24,000 nucleotides of DNA from an uncultured Pseudomonadota bacterium (GTDB lineage: Bacteria > Pseudomonadota > Gammaproteobacteria > Steroidobacterales > Steroidobacteraceae). The notes beneath the pieces were generated by a model. That model did no database searches and was not told where the DNA came from. It saw only the letters and a program-made list of their open reading frames with translations. Of the stretch, positions 1 through 8,051 are shown piece by piece. The first letter of the stretch is position 1, and each line of letters begins with the position of its first letter. The DNA is taken from positions 21,284 to 45,283 of the forward strand of contig CAIOZU010000036.1 of assembly GCA_903862885.1 (NCBI GenBank), in the 5' to 3' direction. The translations under genes were made by a program, and so were the position numbers.

Positions 1-391
1 TGGCCTTGCCCGCTAGGCCGACCAACTTAAGCAGTTCCATGCCTTTGTTCTCGGCTTCTGCTTGACTGATGCCGCGAAGCTTGATTGGCGACAGGGTTAA
101 GTTCTCAAGCACCGTGAGGTGGCTAAAGAGGTTAAAACCTTGGAACACCATATTCATTTTCTGGCGTACCTTCGGTACGTCAGTGTCAGGGCTCAACAGA
201 TCGACGCCATCAATGGAAATTTTCCCACTGGTGGGGTGCTCAAGTAGGTTGAGGCAACGCAGCAGGGTGCTCTTGCCGGTACCTGAGGGGCCAATGATCG
301 CAACCACTTCGCCTTGGTGGATTTCGGCCGTGATGTCCTTCAGTACGGTGAGTGGGCCGTACTGCTTGGTTAAATGCTCAATCTTAATCAT
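1..391 (-). CDS. Polar amino-acid ABC transporter ATP-binding subunit, 5' part only (gene continues past the window start)
   Basis: Hand translation of the minus strand from ATG 391..389 gives MIKIEHLTKQYGPLTVLKDITAEIHQGEVVAIIGPSGTGKSTLLRCLNLLEHPTSGKISIDGVDL...MVFQGFNLFSHLTVLENL. It has Walker A GPSGTGKST and a GlnQ/ArtP/HisP-like N-terminus. The start overlaps the stop of the upstream permease gene (ATGA at 388..391). It is missing from the ORF track because it is open at the window edge. The + strand ORF 69..431 is its shadow. Confidence 0.9.
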   Translation of the reverse strand, partial: MIKIEHLTKQYGPLTVLKDITAEIHQGEVVAIIGPSGTGKSTLLRCLNLLEHPTSGKISIDGVDLLSPDTDVPKVRQKMNMVFQGFNLFSHLTVLENLTLSPIKLRGISQAEAENKGMELLKLVGLAGKA

Positions 392-2649
392 ACGGCACCT
401 GCCTTGCGGCGCTTGGTCTTGGGGTCAGTGACTCGCTCGAGATAGTTCAGTGCCTGGAGCAATACACCCGATATCAAGAAGTAAAGAACAGCGATCATCA
501 TCAGTGGGAAGAACGCATCAAAGGTGCGGCTTCGGATGATGTCGCTTGCCTTGGTCAGATCCTGCACGGCGATATAACCGACGATTGAGGTCATCTTTAC
601 CAGAGAGATGAATTCGCCCTTGTACACCGGCAGAATTCTCACGATGGTTTGTGGCAGCACGATGTTAATGAAGGTGCGTGTTTGGCTAAAGCCCATGGCG
701 ATGCCGGCCTCTGTTTGACCGCGATCTAGGCTGCTCATGCCGGCGCGGAAGATCTCTGCGAAGTACGCTGCAAAGTTCATACCGAAGGCAATGACCGCCA
801 CCAGGATGGGGCTAATGCTCAAGGACGCAAACACAATGTAGAAAATCACCATGAGCAGCACGAGGACCGGCGTGCCCCGCAAGATGGCAATGTAAATCGA
901 TGCGGGATGACGCAGCCAGCCACTGGCGCTCATGCGCATGAAGCAGATAAGCCCGCCAAGCGCTGTGCCAAACAAGGTGGCTAGAATCGAGATGATGACG
1001 GTGGTCTGTAGGCCGTCCCAGATCAGAAGGTAGCGCTTCTCCAAGAGGATATTGCTTCGGAAGCTGTCCGCGACGCGTGCAAAATACCCAAGCTTTTCAG
1101 CGGCAGGTGTCGCATCGGGGGTGCCATCCAAGGCCGCAATATTGGATTTGAGCGCAAAGACGCGGACTGCTTGCTCATCGTAGGAATCGGAGAAATCGAT
1201 TTTCTTTTGGCGCTCCTCGGTGATGAAGATGGAGTCCGCGATCAGGTCCACTTTTTTCGTGGCTACCGCAGCAACGAGGCTGGAGAAATCCATATTGGAA
1301 AATTGGACGGGACGGTTGAGTGACGCGGCGAAGCGCTTCGTGAGCTCGATATCAAAGCCGACCAGCTCATTGTCTTTGACCGCTACGTAGGGCAGTCCGC
1401 TGACCGATGTACCGACAACCAGCGCGTTCGTGCCGGTGACAGCGGGTATGGGCTGGGCTTGTGTATCCTGATCGTCGAGCCAACGTTTTTGCATGTCTGC
1501 ATACACGCCGTTTTGTCGGATCGACTTCAGAAAGTCATTGAACTGCTGCTTAAGGGCCGTGTTGTCCTTATTAAAACCCAGACCCACGGGGAATGAAAAG
1601 ACGGGTTCTCCGACCGCGGCTAGGGTGGGCTCGGCTTTTAAAATTTCCTTCAACGCCTCGACGTCTGTCAGCGAGGCCTCTGCCTTGCCACTTTTGATCG
1701 CCATGATGACGTCTGATGCCGACTGGTACTGTAAGGTCGTGGCATCCGGATAGTTGGTGGTGACATAGAGAACGTAGGCGGTACCAATCTGGGCCGCGAT
1801 TTTCCGGCCATGCAGATCGCTCGATGAAGTGATTTTATGGTGGGTCGGTTCCGTCTCCACGGCGGACGCGCTGGTGGGCACCACCAACACTTGGTGGATG
1901 TCGGTGTAGGAGTCAGTGAAGTCGATTGACTTCTTGCGCTCGTCTGATGCGGCCATGCCGCCACCGATGATGTCAATCTTCTCTGCCTGCAGTGACTGGA
2001 TCAGTGCCATGAACTTCATGTCAATGAATTCGATGGGTCTATTCAGCTTAATGCCGATACGGCGCACCATTTCAGCGTCGTGACCGCTGATGAGGCCTTG
2101 GCCATCCACGAAAATCAATGGCTCACGGGTCGCGGCCACGCCCACTCTGAGGGGTTTGCCGGTGGTCGGCATGGTCAGGGTGGGTACGTCGTAGGTGGTG
2201 GTGCCCACCTGTAGCCAGCGGGACTCCATGGAGGCGAGCGTGCCGTCGGCTCGCATCTCAGCCAGGACGGCGTTTAGGCTGGCGAGCAAGTCGCTGTTGC
2301 CTTTGCGAACGCCGATGGCCAAGTGTTCGAATGACAGCGGGGCGTTCAATACTTTCAGGCCTGGATTTTTCTTGACCAGCTGGTTCGCGGTGAGATCGGC
2401 GGTGAGGAAGGTATCGAGCTGGTTGGCTTTGACCGCCGCCGCCGCGTCTAAGATGTCATCGAAATGCATCAGTGTGGCTTCAGGAAAACGCTTCGCTGCG
2501 ATGGCTTCACCGGTTGAGCCGGTGAGCACACCAATTTTGGCGTGATTGGCGTCGTCTAGAGCCTCGATGGTCAATCGATCGGGGTGGCAAGCCGTGAGTG
2601 CGAGCAGGCTGAGCAGTAGCCCTGCAGAAAGGGGCAGCGTTTTTTTCAT
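388..2649 (-). CDS. ABC transporter fusion protein: lipoprotein signal, periplasmic type-3 solute-binding domain segments, and a polar amino-acid permease domain
   Basis: 753-aa ORF. The N-terminus MKKTLPLSAGLLLSLLALTAC has an L-T-A-C lipobox. Residues ~165-392 look like a complete SBP_bac_3-type domain (LRVGV...IDFTDSY...DLHGRKIAAQIGT...RWL). Residues ~540-753 are a HisM/GlnP-type permease with the EAA loop (TEAGIAMGFSQTRTFINIVLPQ). The gene is translationally coupled to the ATPase gene. Confidence 0.9.
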   Translation of the reverse strand: MKKTLPLSAGLLLSLLALTACHPDRLTIEALDDANHAKIGVLTGSTGEAIAAKRFPEATLMHFDDILDAAAAVKANQLDTFLTADLTANQLVKKNPGLKVLNAPLSFEHLAIGVRKGNSDLLASLNAVLAEMRADGTLASMESRWLQVGTTTYDVPTLTMPTTGKPLRVGVAATREPLIFVDGQGLISGHDAEMVRRIGIKLNRPIEFIDMKFMALIQSLQAEKIDIIGGGMAASDERKKSIDFTDSYTDIHQVLVVPTSASAVETEPTHHKITSSSDLHGRKIAAQIGTAYVLYVTTNYPDATTLQYQSASDVIMAIKSGKAEASLTDVEALKEILKAEPTLAAVGEPVFSFPVGLGFNKDNTALKQQFNDFLKSIRQNGVYADMQKRWLDDQDTQAQPIPAVTGTNALVVGTSVSGLPYVAVKDNELVGFDIELTKRFAASLNRPVQFSNMDFSSLVAAVATKKVDLIADSIFITEERQKKIDFSDSYDEQAVRVFALKSNIAALDGTPDATPAAEKLGYFARVADSFRSNILLEKRYLLIWDGLQTTVIISILATLFGTALGGLICFMRMSASGWLRHPASIYIAILRGTPVLVLLMVIFYIVFASLSISPILVAVIAFGMNFAAYFAEIFRAGMSSLDRGQTEAGIAMGFSQTRTFINIVLPQTIVRILPVYKGEFISLVKMTSIVGYIAVQDLTKASDIIRSRTFDAFFPLMMIAVLYFLISGVLLQALNYLERVTDPKTKRRKAGAV

Positions 2650-3096
2650 GAGGGGGCTTTCCGGCTGTAGGCAGTCGTTGTGTTTGTTAAGACCGGTGGG
2701 TAGGGGCGCGTCCTTCTAAGACACGGCCTCGTCAGTCACCGGTGGGTCTATCGGATGGCGAAAGTTTAGCAAATTGTGGATGGCCTGCGGGGGCAATGCG
2801 CAGTCTAATGAGTAGGCCAAACGAGGAGGTCCGGGTGAAGGCGCATCGGGCGATGGTGTGTTGCGGGGGTCGGGGTGAACTCCTACTATGGCGCCATCGC
2901 TCGGGTGCGTCCCGTCAACCGGGCGCTCCTTGTTGCGAATTCAACGGCTTAACGCAGGATGCCGCGGATGCCCCGGGCGCCGTGGGGTGTTGCGGTTGGG
3001 TCGGAGCGGTCTGCGGGTGCTGGGTGGGCGCGTCGGTGGGTGGGGGGTGAGGCATTGCGAAAACAGATCGTCCGATTGGATGCGTCCTTAGAACTC

Positions 3097-4137
3097 ATGT
3101 GGCGTGCCGATGCCATCGGTCACGCGCCAGCGGTGTTAGCCACTATCGTGAGCACGATGGGCTCCACGTATCGGAAGGCCGGTGCACGGATGCTCATTCG
3201 TGCCGATGGCAGTCACATCGGCTTGCTCAGTGGCGGCTGTCTGGAGGCGGATCTGCGCGGACACGCGGAGCAGGTGCTCGCGACGGGCCGAGCGTCTGCC
3301 GTCGAATACGACCTGCGTGGGGCGGATGATCTGTTATACGGCATCGGTGCGGGCTGTGAAGGCGCTATGCGGGTATTGCTCGAGCCAGTGGGAGCCAAGT
3401 CATTGGGTGTCGATGCGCTCGAGCAGGCGCTACAGACCGCGGCGCGCGGTGAGCCTGCGGTCTTGATGGTGGTGCATGAGTCGAGCGAGGTCCCTTTGGG
3501 TACTTACGCGGTGAGCGCACCGCTGTCCGCGGGCTTGCAGGCGGTGGGGAGGCAGGTCCTCGCGTCGTCGTCTACCCAATCCATTGACGTCAGTGGAGTG
3601 ATGGGTCGCACGCGCGTGTTGGTGGAGTGGGTGGCTCCTTTGCCGCGCTTATTAATCTGTGGGTGCGGGCCGGATGCTGAGCCGCTGTCTCAGGTCGCGC
3701 AGACGCTCGGATGGCAGGTGGTGCTGGTGGATCACCGTCCTGCGTACGCCCAAGCCAGTCGTTTCCCCGGTGCCACGGTGCGCCTTGCAGCGGCGGCTGA
3801 TCTCGCACACACCCTCGAGTCGGGTCATTTTCATGCGGTGGTGGTCATGAGCCATCATTTGGTCTCTGATGTCGCCTATCTTCGTGCGTTGGCACGCCAC
3901 GGCACGCCGGATTATGTGGGTCTGCTAGGGCCCGCCGCGCGCCGCCGCCGATTGTTAGGTGAGTTAGGTCGTGAGGCGCTGCTGTTAACAGAGCGGCTGC
4001 ATGCGCCGGTCGGGCTTCATATTGGAGCCGTGACGCCTGAAGGGATTGCTTTGTCGGTGATCAGTGAAATCCATGCCCACTTGGCCGGCCTGCCGTCACG
4101 CGATGGGTCGCCTACGTCGTCACCCGCGTCGACTTGA
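3097..4137 (+). CDS. XdhC/CoxI-family accessory protein (molybdenum-cofactor insertion/sulfuration chaperone family)
   Basis: N-terminal signature AVLATIVSTMGSTYRKAGARMLIRADGSHIGLLSGGCLEADL. C-terminal Rossmann-like part LLICGCGPDAEPL...VVLVDHRP...YVGLLGP..R. The longest ORF starts at 2959, but its first ~46 aa are a low-complexity G/A/R/W translation of a G-rich spacer. ATG 3097 sits a typical distance before the conserved block. The start remains uncertain; a TTG at 3076 is also possible. Confidence 0.8.
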   Translation: MWRADAIGHAPAVLATIVSTMGSTYRKAGARMLIRADGSHIGLLSGGCLEADLRGHAEQVLATGRASAVEYDLRGADDLLYGIGAGCEGAMRVLLEPVGAKSLGVDALEQALQTAARGEPAVLMVVHESSEVPLGTYAVSAPLSAGLQAVGRQVLASSSTQSIDVSGVMGRTRVLVEWVAPLPRLLICGCGPDAEPLSQVAQTLGWQVVLVDHRPAYAQASRFPGATVRLAAAADLAHTLESGHFHAVVVMSHHLVSDVAYLRALARHGTPDYVGLLGPAARRRRLLGELGREALLLTERLHAPVGLHIGAVTPEGIALSVISEIHAHLAGLPSRDGSPTSSPAST

Positions 4138-4179
4138 TCAAGGTGTGCGATTGCCCCTTTTGAGTTCCTTGATGCGGAC

Positions 4180-5562
4180 TTAGAGCTCGAATCGGTCTCC
4201 TAGGGTGGGGATCTCAGCGGACGCCTCCGGTAGCCCGTTGGCGAAGGACTGGATAACCTGCGCATCGCCGTGGGTCAGAAAGGTACGCTTTGCCGCGACG
4301 CCGTGATGCCAGGCTAAGAGCGCATCCCGATCGGCGTGCGCAGAAAATCCGTTGATTGTATAAATGCGGGCGCGCACCGCGATGTCTTCACCAAATAAGT
4401 GAATAGAGGCTGCGCCATCAATGATGCGCCGTGCCGGTGTGCCCATGGCGGCGTAGCCGACAAAAATAATACTGGAGGCGTCGCTCGCTAGATTGTGCTG
4501 GATGTGATGCATCACTCGACCCCCTGTGCACATGCCGGAGCCCGCTAAAATGACCGCGCCGCCGGTGATCGCGTTGATGGCGCGCGATTCGCTGCCATCA
4601 CGGGTGAGGTGTAAGCCGCTGAAATGGAGTGGATCGTGTCCTTGTTTCAGTAGATCAGTGAATGCGGCTGATACCGCCTCTGGATGATTTTTGAACGCTT
4701 CGGTTGCGAGGATGGCCATCGGCGAGTCGAGAAAGACGGTGAGTGAGTGGGGTAATCGTTTGGTTTCGATGCCTTCGCGTATGTAATAGAGGATCTCTTG
4801 CGCGCGCTCGAGTGCGAAGGTGGGGATCACGACATTGCCACCGCGTGCGTGGGTTTGACTGATGGCCGTGTACAGCTCATCAAGGGTCGCCGGGAATGAG
4901 CGATGTAAACGATCGCCGTAGGTGGTCTCCATGATCACTGCATCTGCGCCTGGCGGGGGTATGGTGGGTCCATTGAGCATGGCGCGATCGCCCGTGCCCA
5001 AATCACCGGAGACCACTAAGCGTCTTTTTTTATCGTCTTCTGTGAGATCAAAGGAAAGACTGGCGGATCCTAGAATGTGTCCCGTGTCGTAGGCGGTGAC
5101 TTGGATGCCGGCGCAGATGTCCAGTGTTTGGCCGTAATGGAGCGAGCGGCCGAAGGCGGCGATCGTTTGTTCAGCGTCTTCGATGGCGTAGAGCGCTTCG
5201 CGGTGGGCGCGATGACCGCGTGGTCGCACATAGCTGCGACGCGCTTCCTCGGTCTGTAGGTGAGCTGAGTCGCGCAGCACAATGGCGGATAGCTCTTGAG
5301 TGGCTGAGGTGCTGATAATCTCACCTTGAAAGCCGCGCTTGATGAGTAGCGGTAGGCGGCCGCAGTGATCTAAGTGCGCGTGGGTTAGTACGACGTAGTC
5401 TATCTGCGTCGCATCAAAACCGAAGTCAGCAGAATTTTCCTCATGCAGGTCATGACTGCCCTGGAACAAGCCGCAATCGATCAGTACTTGGCGACCGTTG
5501 CAGGTCAGTCGATAGCACGATCCAGTGACTTCTCGAGCAGCGCCATGAAAGGAAATGTGCAT
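4180..5562 (-). CDS. MBL-fold metallo-hydrolase of the beta-CASP / RNA-metabolising type
   Basis: 460-aa ORF. N-terminus MHISFHGAAREVTGSCYRL...VLIDCGLFQG, HxHxDH motif (THAHLDHCG), and C-terminal GFSAHADRDALLAW typical of beta-CASP/RMMBL proteins. Confidence 0.85.
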   Translation of the reverse strand: MHISFHGAAREVTGSCYRLTCNGRQVLIDCGLFQGSHDLHEENSADFGFDATQIDYVVLTHAHLDHCGRLPLLIKRGFQGEIISTSATQELSAIVLRDSAHLQTEEARRSYVRPRGHRAHREALYAIEDAEQTIAAFGRSLHYGQTLDICAGIQVTAYDTGHILGSASLSFDLTEDDKKRRLVVSGDLGTGDRAMLNGPTIPPPGADAVIMETTYGDRLHRSFPATLDELYTAISQTHARGGNVVIPTFALERAQEILYYIREGIETKRLPHSLTVFLDSPMAILATEAFKNHPEAVSAAFTDLLKQGHDPLHFSGLHLTRDGSESRAINAITGGAVILAGSGMCTGGRVMHHIQHNLASDASSIIFVGYAAMGTPARRIIDGAASIHLFGEDIAVRARIYTINGFSAHADRDALLAWHHGVAAKRTFLTHGDAQVIQSFANGLPEASAEIPTLGDRFEL

Positions 5563-5570
5563 GGCGTCTC

Positions 5571-6524
5571 TTAACTGGGGCTGATAGCGGTGTGTTTTGG
5601 CAGGAGCGGGAAGTCGGGGTCATCGTGCGCCCCGTACCAGTCTTTGATTTGCTGCCATGCCTCCACCGCAGAGTCGGCAAAGCAGATGAGATCGCGGTCG
5701 GCGGCGGCGATGCTGCCTTCGGCGACTAAAAAGTCGAGGTCAAAGGCGCGAGTCCAGTAGTCGCGCCCCACCAGCACCACGGGCACTGCTGAGGTTTTCT
5801 GGGTCTGAATAAGCGTGAGCGTCTGAAAGAGTTCATCCAAGGTACCGAAGCCACCCGGAAAGGCGACCAAGGCGCGCGCACGCAGCAAAAAGTGCATTTT
5901 GCGCATCGCAAAATAGTGAAAACTAAAGCACAGCCCGGGTGTCACATAGGGATTTGGAAATTGCTCGTGCGGCAAGCTGATATTCAGCCCAATAGAGGGC
6001 GCACCACAGTCGAATGCGCCGCGATTGGCGGCCTCCATGATGCCAGGACCGCCACCGGTCATGATCGCCAGTCGCCCACCCAGTGGCGGTACTGATCGGC
6101 AGGCGAGTGTCGTAAATTCGCGTGCCATGACGTAGTAGTGAGATTTCGCGAGCAGTCGTTTAGTCACCTGCACCGCTGCGATCAAGGCGGGGTCTTCTGG
6201 AGATCGCGACAGCTGCAGCTCTGCTTGCTTCAAATCGCGGCGTAAAGCAGAGGGCTCGCCGATACGTGTGCTCCCAAAGACAACGATCGTTTGCTCAATA
6301 CCGGCGGCCTCTAAGGTCTGTTCGGCTTTCATAAAATCCAACTGCAGGCGCACCGCCCGCGCGTTGGGATCGGCGAGGAACCGCGTGTCTTGGTCGGCTT
6401 GTCGGTAACTGTCGTGCGACAGAATGGCGCGCACGCGATCGGGCGCGGCTGGGTCATCCTCCGCTGACTTGGCGATCTGCCAGGGCAGTCGATGCTTTTT
6501 TTGGGGCGGATCCGGGGCGGTCAC
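5571..6524 (-). CDS. LOG-family (TIGR00730-type) Rossmann protein, nucleotide N-glycosidase family, with an ~90-aa N-terminal extension
   Basis: Motifs GGGPGIMEAANRGA and PGGFGTLDELFQTLTLIQT (PGGxGTxxE). GTG start at 6524 is preceded by AGGTG. The stop lies 8 nt before the MBL hydrolase start, so the two are probably co-transcribed. Confidence 0.85.
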   Translation of the reverse strand: MTAPDPPQKKHRLPWQIAKSAEDDPAAPDRVRAILSHDSYRQADQDTRFLADPNARAVRLQLDFMKAEQTLEAAGIEQTIVVFGSTRIGEPSALRRDLKQAELQLSRSPEDPALIAAVQVTKRLLAKSHYYVMAREFTTLACRSVPPLGGRLAIMTGGGPGIMEAANRGAFDCGAPSIGLNISLPHEQFPNPYVTPGLCFSFHYFAMRKMHFLLRARALVAFPGGFGTLDELFQTLTLIQTQKTSAVPVVLVGRDYWTRAFDLDFLVAEGSIAAADRDLICFADSAVEAWQQIKDWYGAHDDPDFPLLPKHTAISPS

Positions 6525-6585
6525 TGAACACCTGTGGGGTGGCTAGCTTTTGCCTAATGAATTCAGTGTAGCGCAAGTCCTACCG

Positions 6586-6616
6586 ACCGACGCACGGGGT
6601 CAATCGGTGCGTCGGT
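6586..6616 (-). terminator. Hairpin downstream of the DUF1326 gene (candidate operon terminator, no U-tract)
   Basis: Inverted repeat ACCGACGCAC / GTGCGTCGGT (10 bp) around an 11-nt loop. It begins 12 nt after the stop at 6628. Confidence 0.35.
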
Positions 6617-6627
6617 GTGACTTGTAC

Positions 6628-7239
6628 TTAGGGGCCGCTCCAGTCGATCTGGACGATCTCAGCGCTTTTTCCTGACAGGTCCCAGACGCGCCCAAAGTCG
6701 CGCATCTTGCTCTTGACGCTACGTGCCACGGTCACGTCCGGACCCATCCAGTATTCCGTGTTTTGAATCATGGTTTGCTCACCACTGCGTTTGCCCGTGA
6801 TGGGCTCGACCGATGCCTTTAATACATTGCCGATTGTGATGTGGCGGATGGCACCCTCACGGGTGATCGAGATGGGTAACTGTTTAGTGCCTAAGTGGGT
6901 ACTGACTAACAGCCGGAACAGGCCGGTGGTGCCGCCCGCTTGGCCGCTAAAAATGTGTTCCAAGCCAGTCAGCGCGGCGGTCGAGGCACGCTCGTCCACA
7001 TAGAGCGCGGCCGTCCAGTTGCCATTGCCCATGCGGCCTGGGATATCGAGCAGCATGCCGACATTCAGATCGGTGAGTGAGACATCACCATAGGCGCCCT
7101 CCGTGATGTGTATGCCGACCCAGCCCTGGCAATAGCCTTGCGTTGGTGCGTGTTTGCCTAAGCTCACAACGCACGGACAGAACACGTCGCAGTTGCAGTT
7201 CAGAACCAACTCGCCCTTCATATGCCATGGTGTCGTCAT
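6628..7239 (-). CDS. DUF1326-family protein (uncharacterised, N-terminal five-cysteine cluster)
   Basis: 203-aa ORF with strong SD AGGAGAG. The N-terminus ELVLNCNCDVFCPCVVSLGKHAPTQGYCQGW carries five cysteines. This matches my recollection of the DUF1326 description (~210 aa, five conserved N-terminal Cys). Confidence 0.75.
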   Translation of the reverse strand: MTTPWHMKGELVLNCNCDVFCPCVVSLGKHAPTQGYCQGWVGIHITEGAYGDVSLTDLNVGMLLDIPGRMGNGNWTAALYVDERASTAALTGLEHIFSGQAGGTTGLFRLLVSTHLGTKQLPISITREGAIRHITIGNVLKASVEPITGKRSGEQTMIQNTEYWMGPDVTVARSVKSKMRDFGRVWDLSGKSAEIVQIDWSGP

Positions 7240-7248
7240 ACATCTCTC

Positions 7249-8043
7249 CTAGTGAATAAGGCCAGGCGCAATCCACACGGTGCCCCAAGCCACCAGTGCC
7301 ACGCCGACCGCGCGTCCGATCCAAAGCCCTGCGGGCAGTACTTTCTCAATCAGCATTAACACGGTAAGTCCTGCTGTGAAGCCCAGATCCATGGTGCCGG
7401 TGGCCACCATGAGCAGCATCAGTGCCCAACAGCAGCCCACGCAGTATGCGCCGTGGTGTAGTCCAAGACGTAGAGCGCCGGCTAATCCCTCACGCCAATG
7501 GGCGATGAAAAAGGTCATCGGGTTGCGGCACTTAGTGAGGCAGGCCTGCTTCAGTGGCGCAAATTGATAAGCACCCGCCAGTAGCAGCAGCGCGCCGAAA
7601 ACCCAGTCATGCGTCGCGCGATGTAAGTGTTGGCTCACTGTGGAGATGCCCCACTGGGCGAGGGTGGCGAGTGCGCAGAAGGCCAGCCAGGCGAGCAGAT
7701 AGCCGGTCACGAAGGCGCCTTCGCTTAAGGGGCGGGTCGTGTGGCGGGCGCGCTCGGCGAGATCGGAGAACGTGAGGATCGCGGGTGCTGCGGTCGGCAA
7801 CATCATGGCAATGGACATCACAAACCACATCGATAGCACGCTCATGCTATCGGCGAGCGAGGCGTATCCCGGCGGTTTTGCGTGTGCGGTGTACGGCGTG
7901 TGCACGGTCGGTGTTAAGCAGCCAAGACCCGCCGGGTTGTGAAGGAGCGATACCCAGGCGATGCCACTTAACATCACCAACGCCGCTGACACTATCCATC
8001 GCGGATGCAGGAGTAATCGGGCGGCGGGGTGATCGGTGTGCAT
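7249..8043 (-). CDS. DUF2182-family integral membrane protein (predicted metal-binding)
   Basis: 264-aa polytopic ORF. Motifs MWFVMSIAMMLPTAAPAIL and HHGAYCVGCCWALMLLM resemble the DUF2182 signature. Its stop is 9 nt before the DUF1326 start. Confidence 0.75.
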   Translation of the reverse strand: MHTDHPAARLLLHPRWIVSAALVMLSGIAWVSLLHNPAGLGCLTPTVHTPYTAHAKPPGYASLADSMSVLSMWFVMSIAMMLPTAAPAILTFSDLAERARHTTRPLSEGAFVTGYLLAWLAFCALATLAQWGISTVSQHLHRATHDWVFGALLLLAGAYQFAPLKQACLTKCRNPMTFFIAHWREGLAGALRLGLHHGAYCVGCCWALMLLMVATGTMDLGFTAGLTVLMLIEKVLPAGLWIGRAVGVALVAWGTVWIAPGLIH

Positions 8044-8051
8044 GGCGCGCG

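Noticed and set aside
69-431. 120-aa + strand ORF at the window start
   Set aside because: It lies exactly antisense to the ABC ATPase gene, whose Walker A and N-terminus translate cleanly on the minus strand. It is a shadow ORF of a high-GC gene.
2870-2940. Possible Moco riboswitch upstream of the XdhC-family gene
   Set aside because: The functional context made me look, but I could not recognise the conserved Moco-motif elements with any confidence. Only a covariance-model scan could settle this.
2959-3096. Long N-terminal extension of the XdhC ORF (track start 2959)
   Set aside because: The extra 46 aa (MPRMPRAPWGVAVGSERSAGAGWARRWVGG...) are a low-complexity translation of the G-rich spacer. 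They have no counterpart in XdhC proteins as I know them. An internal ATG at 3097 fits the conserved block.
4137-4173. Inverted repeat ATCAAGG...CCTTGAT between the convergent XdhC and MBL genes, as a bidirectional terminator
   Set aside because: A 7-bp stem with a 23-nt loop and no U-tract is too weak to call.
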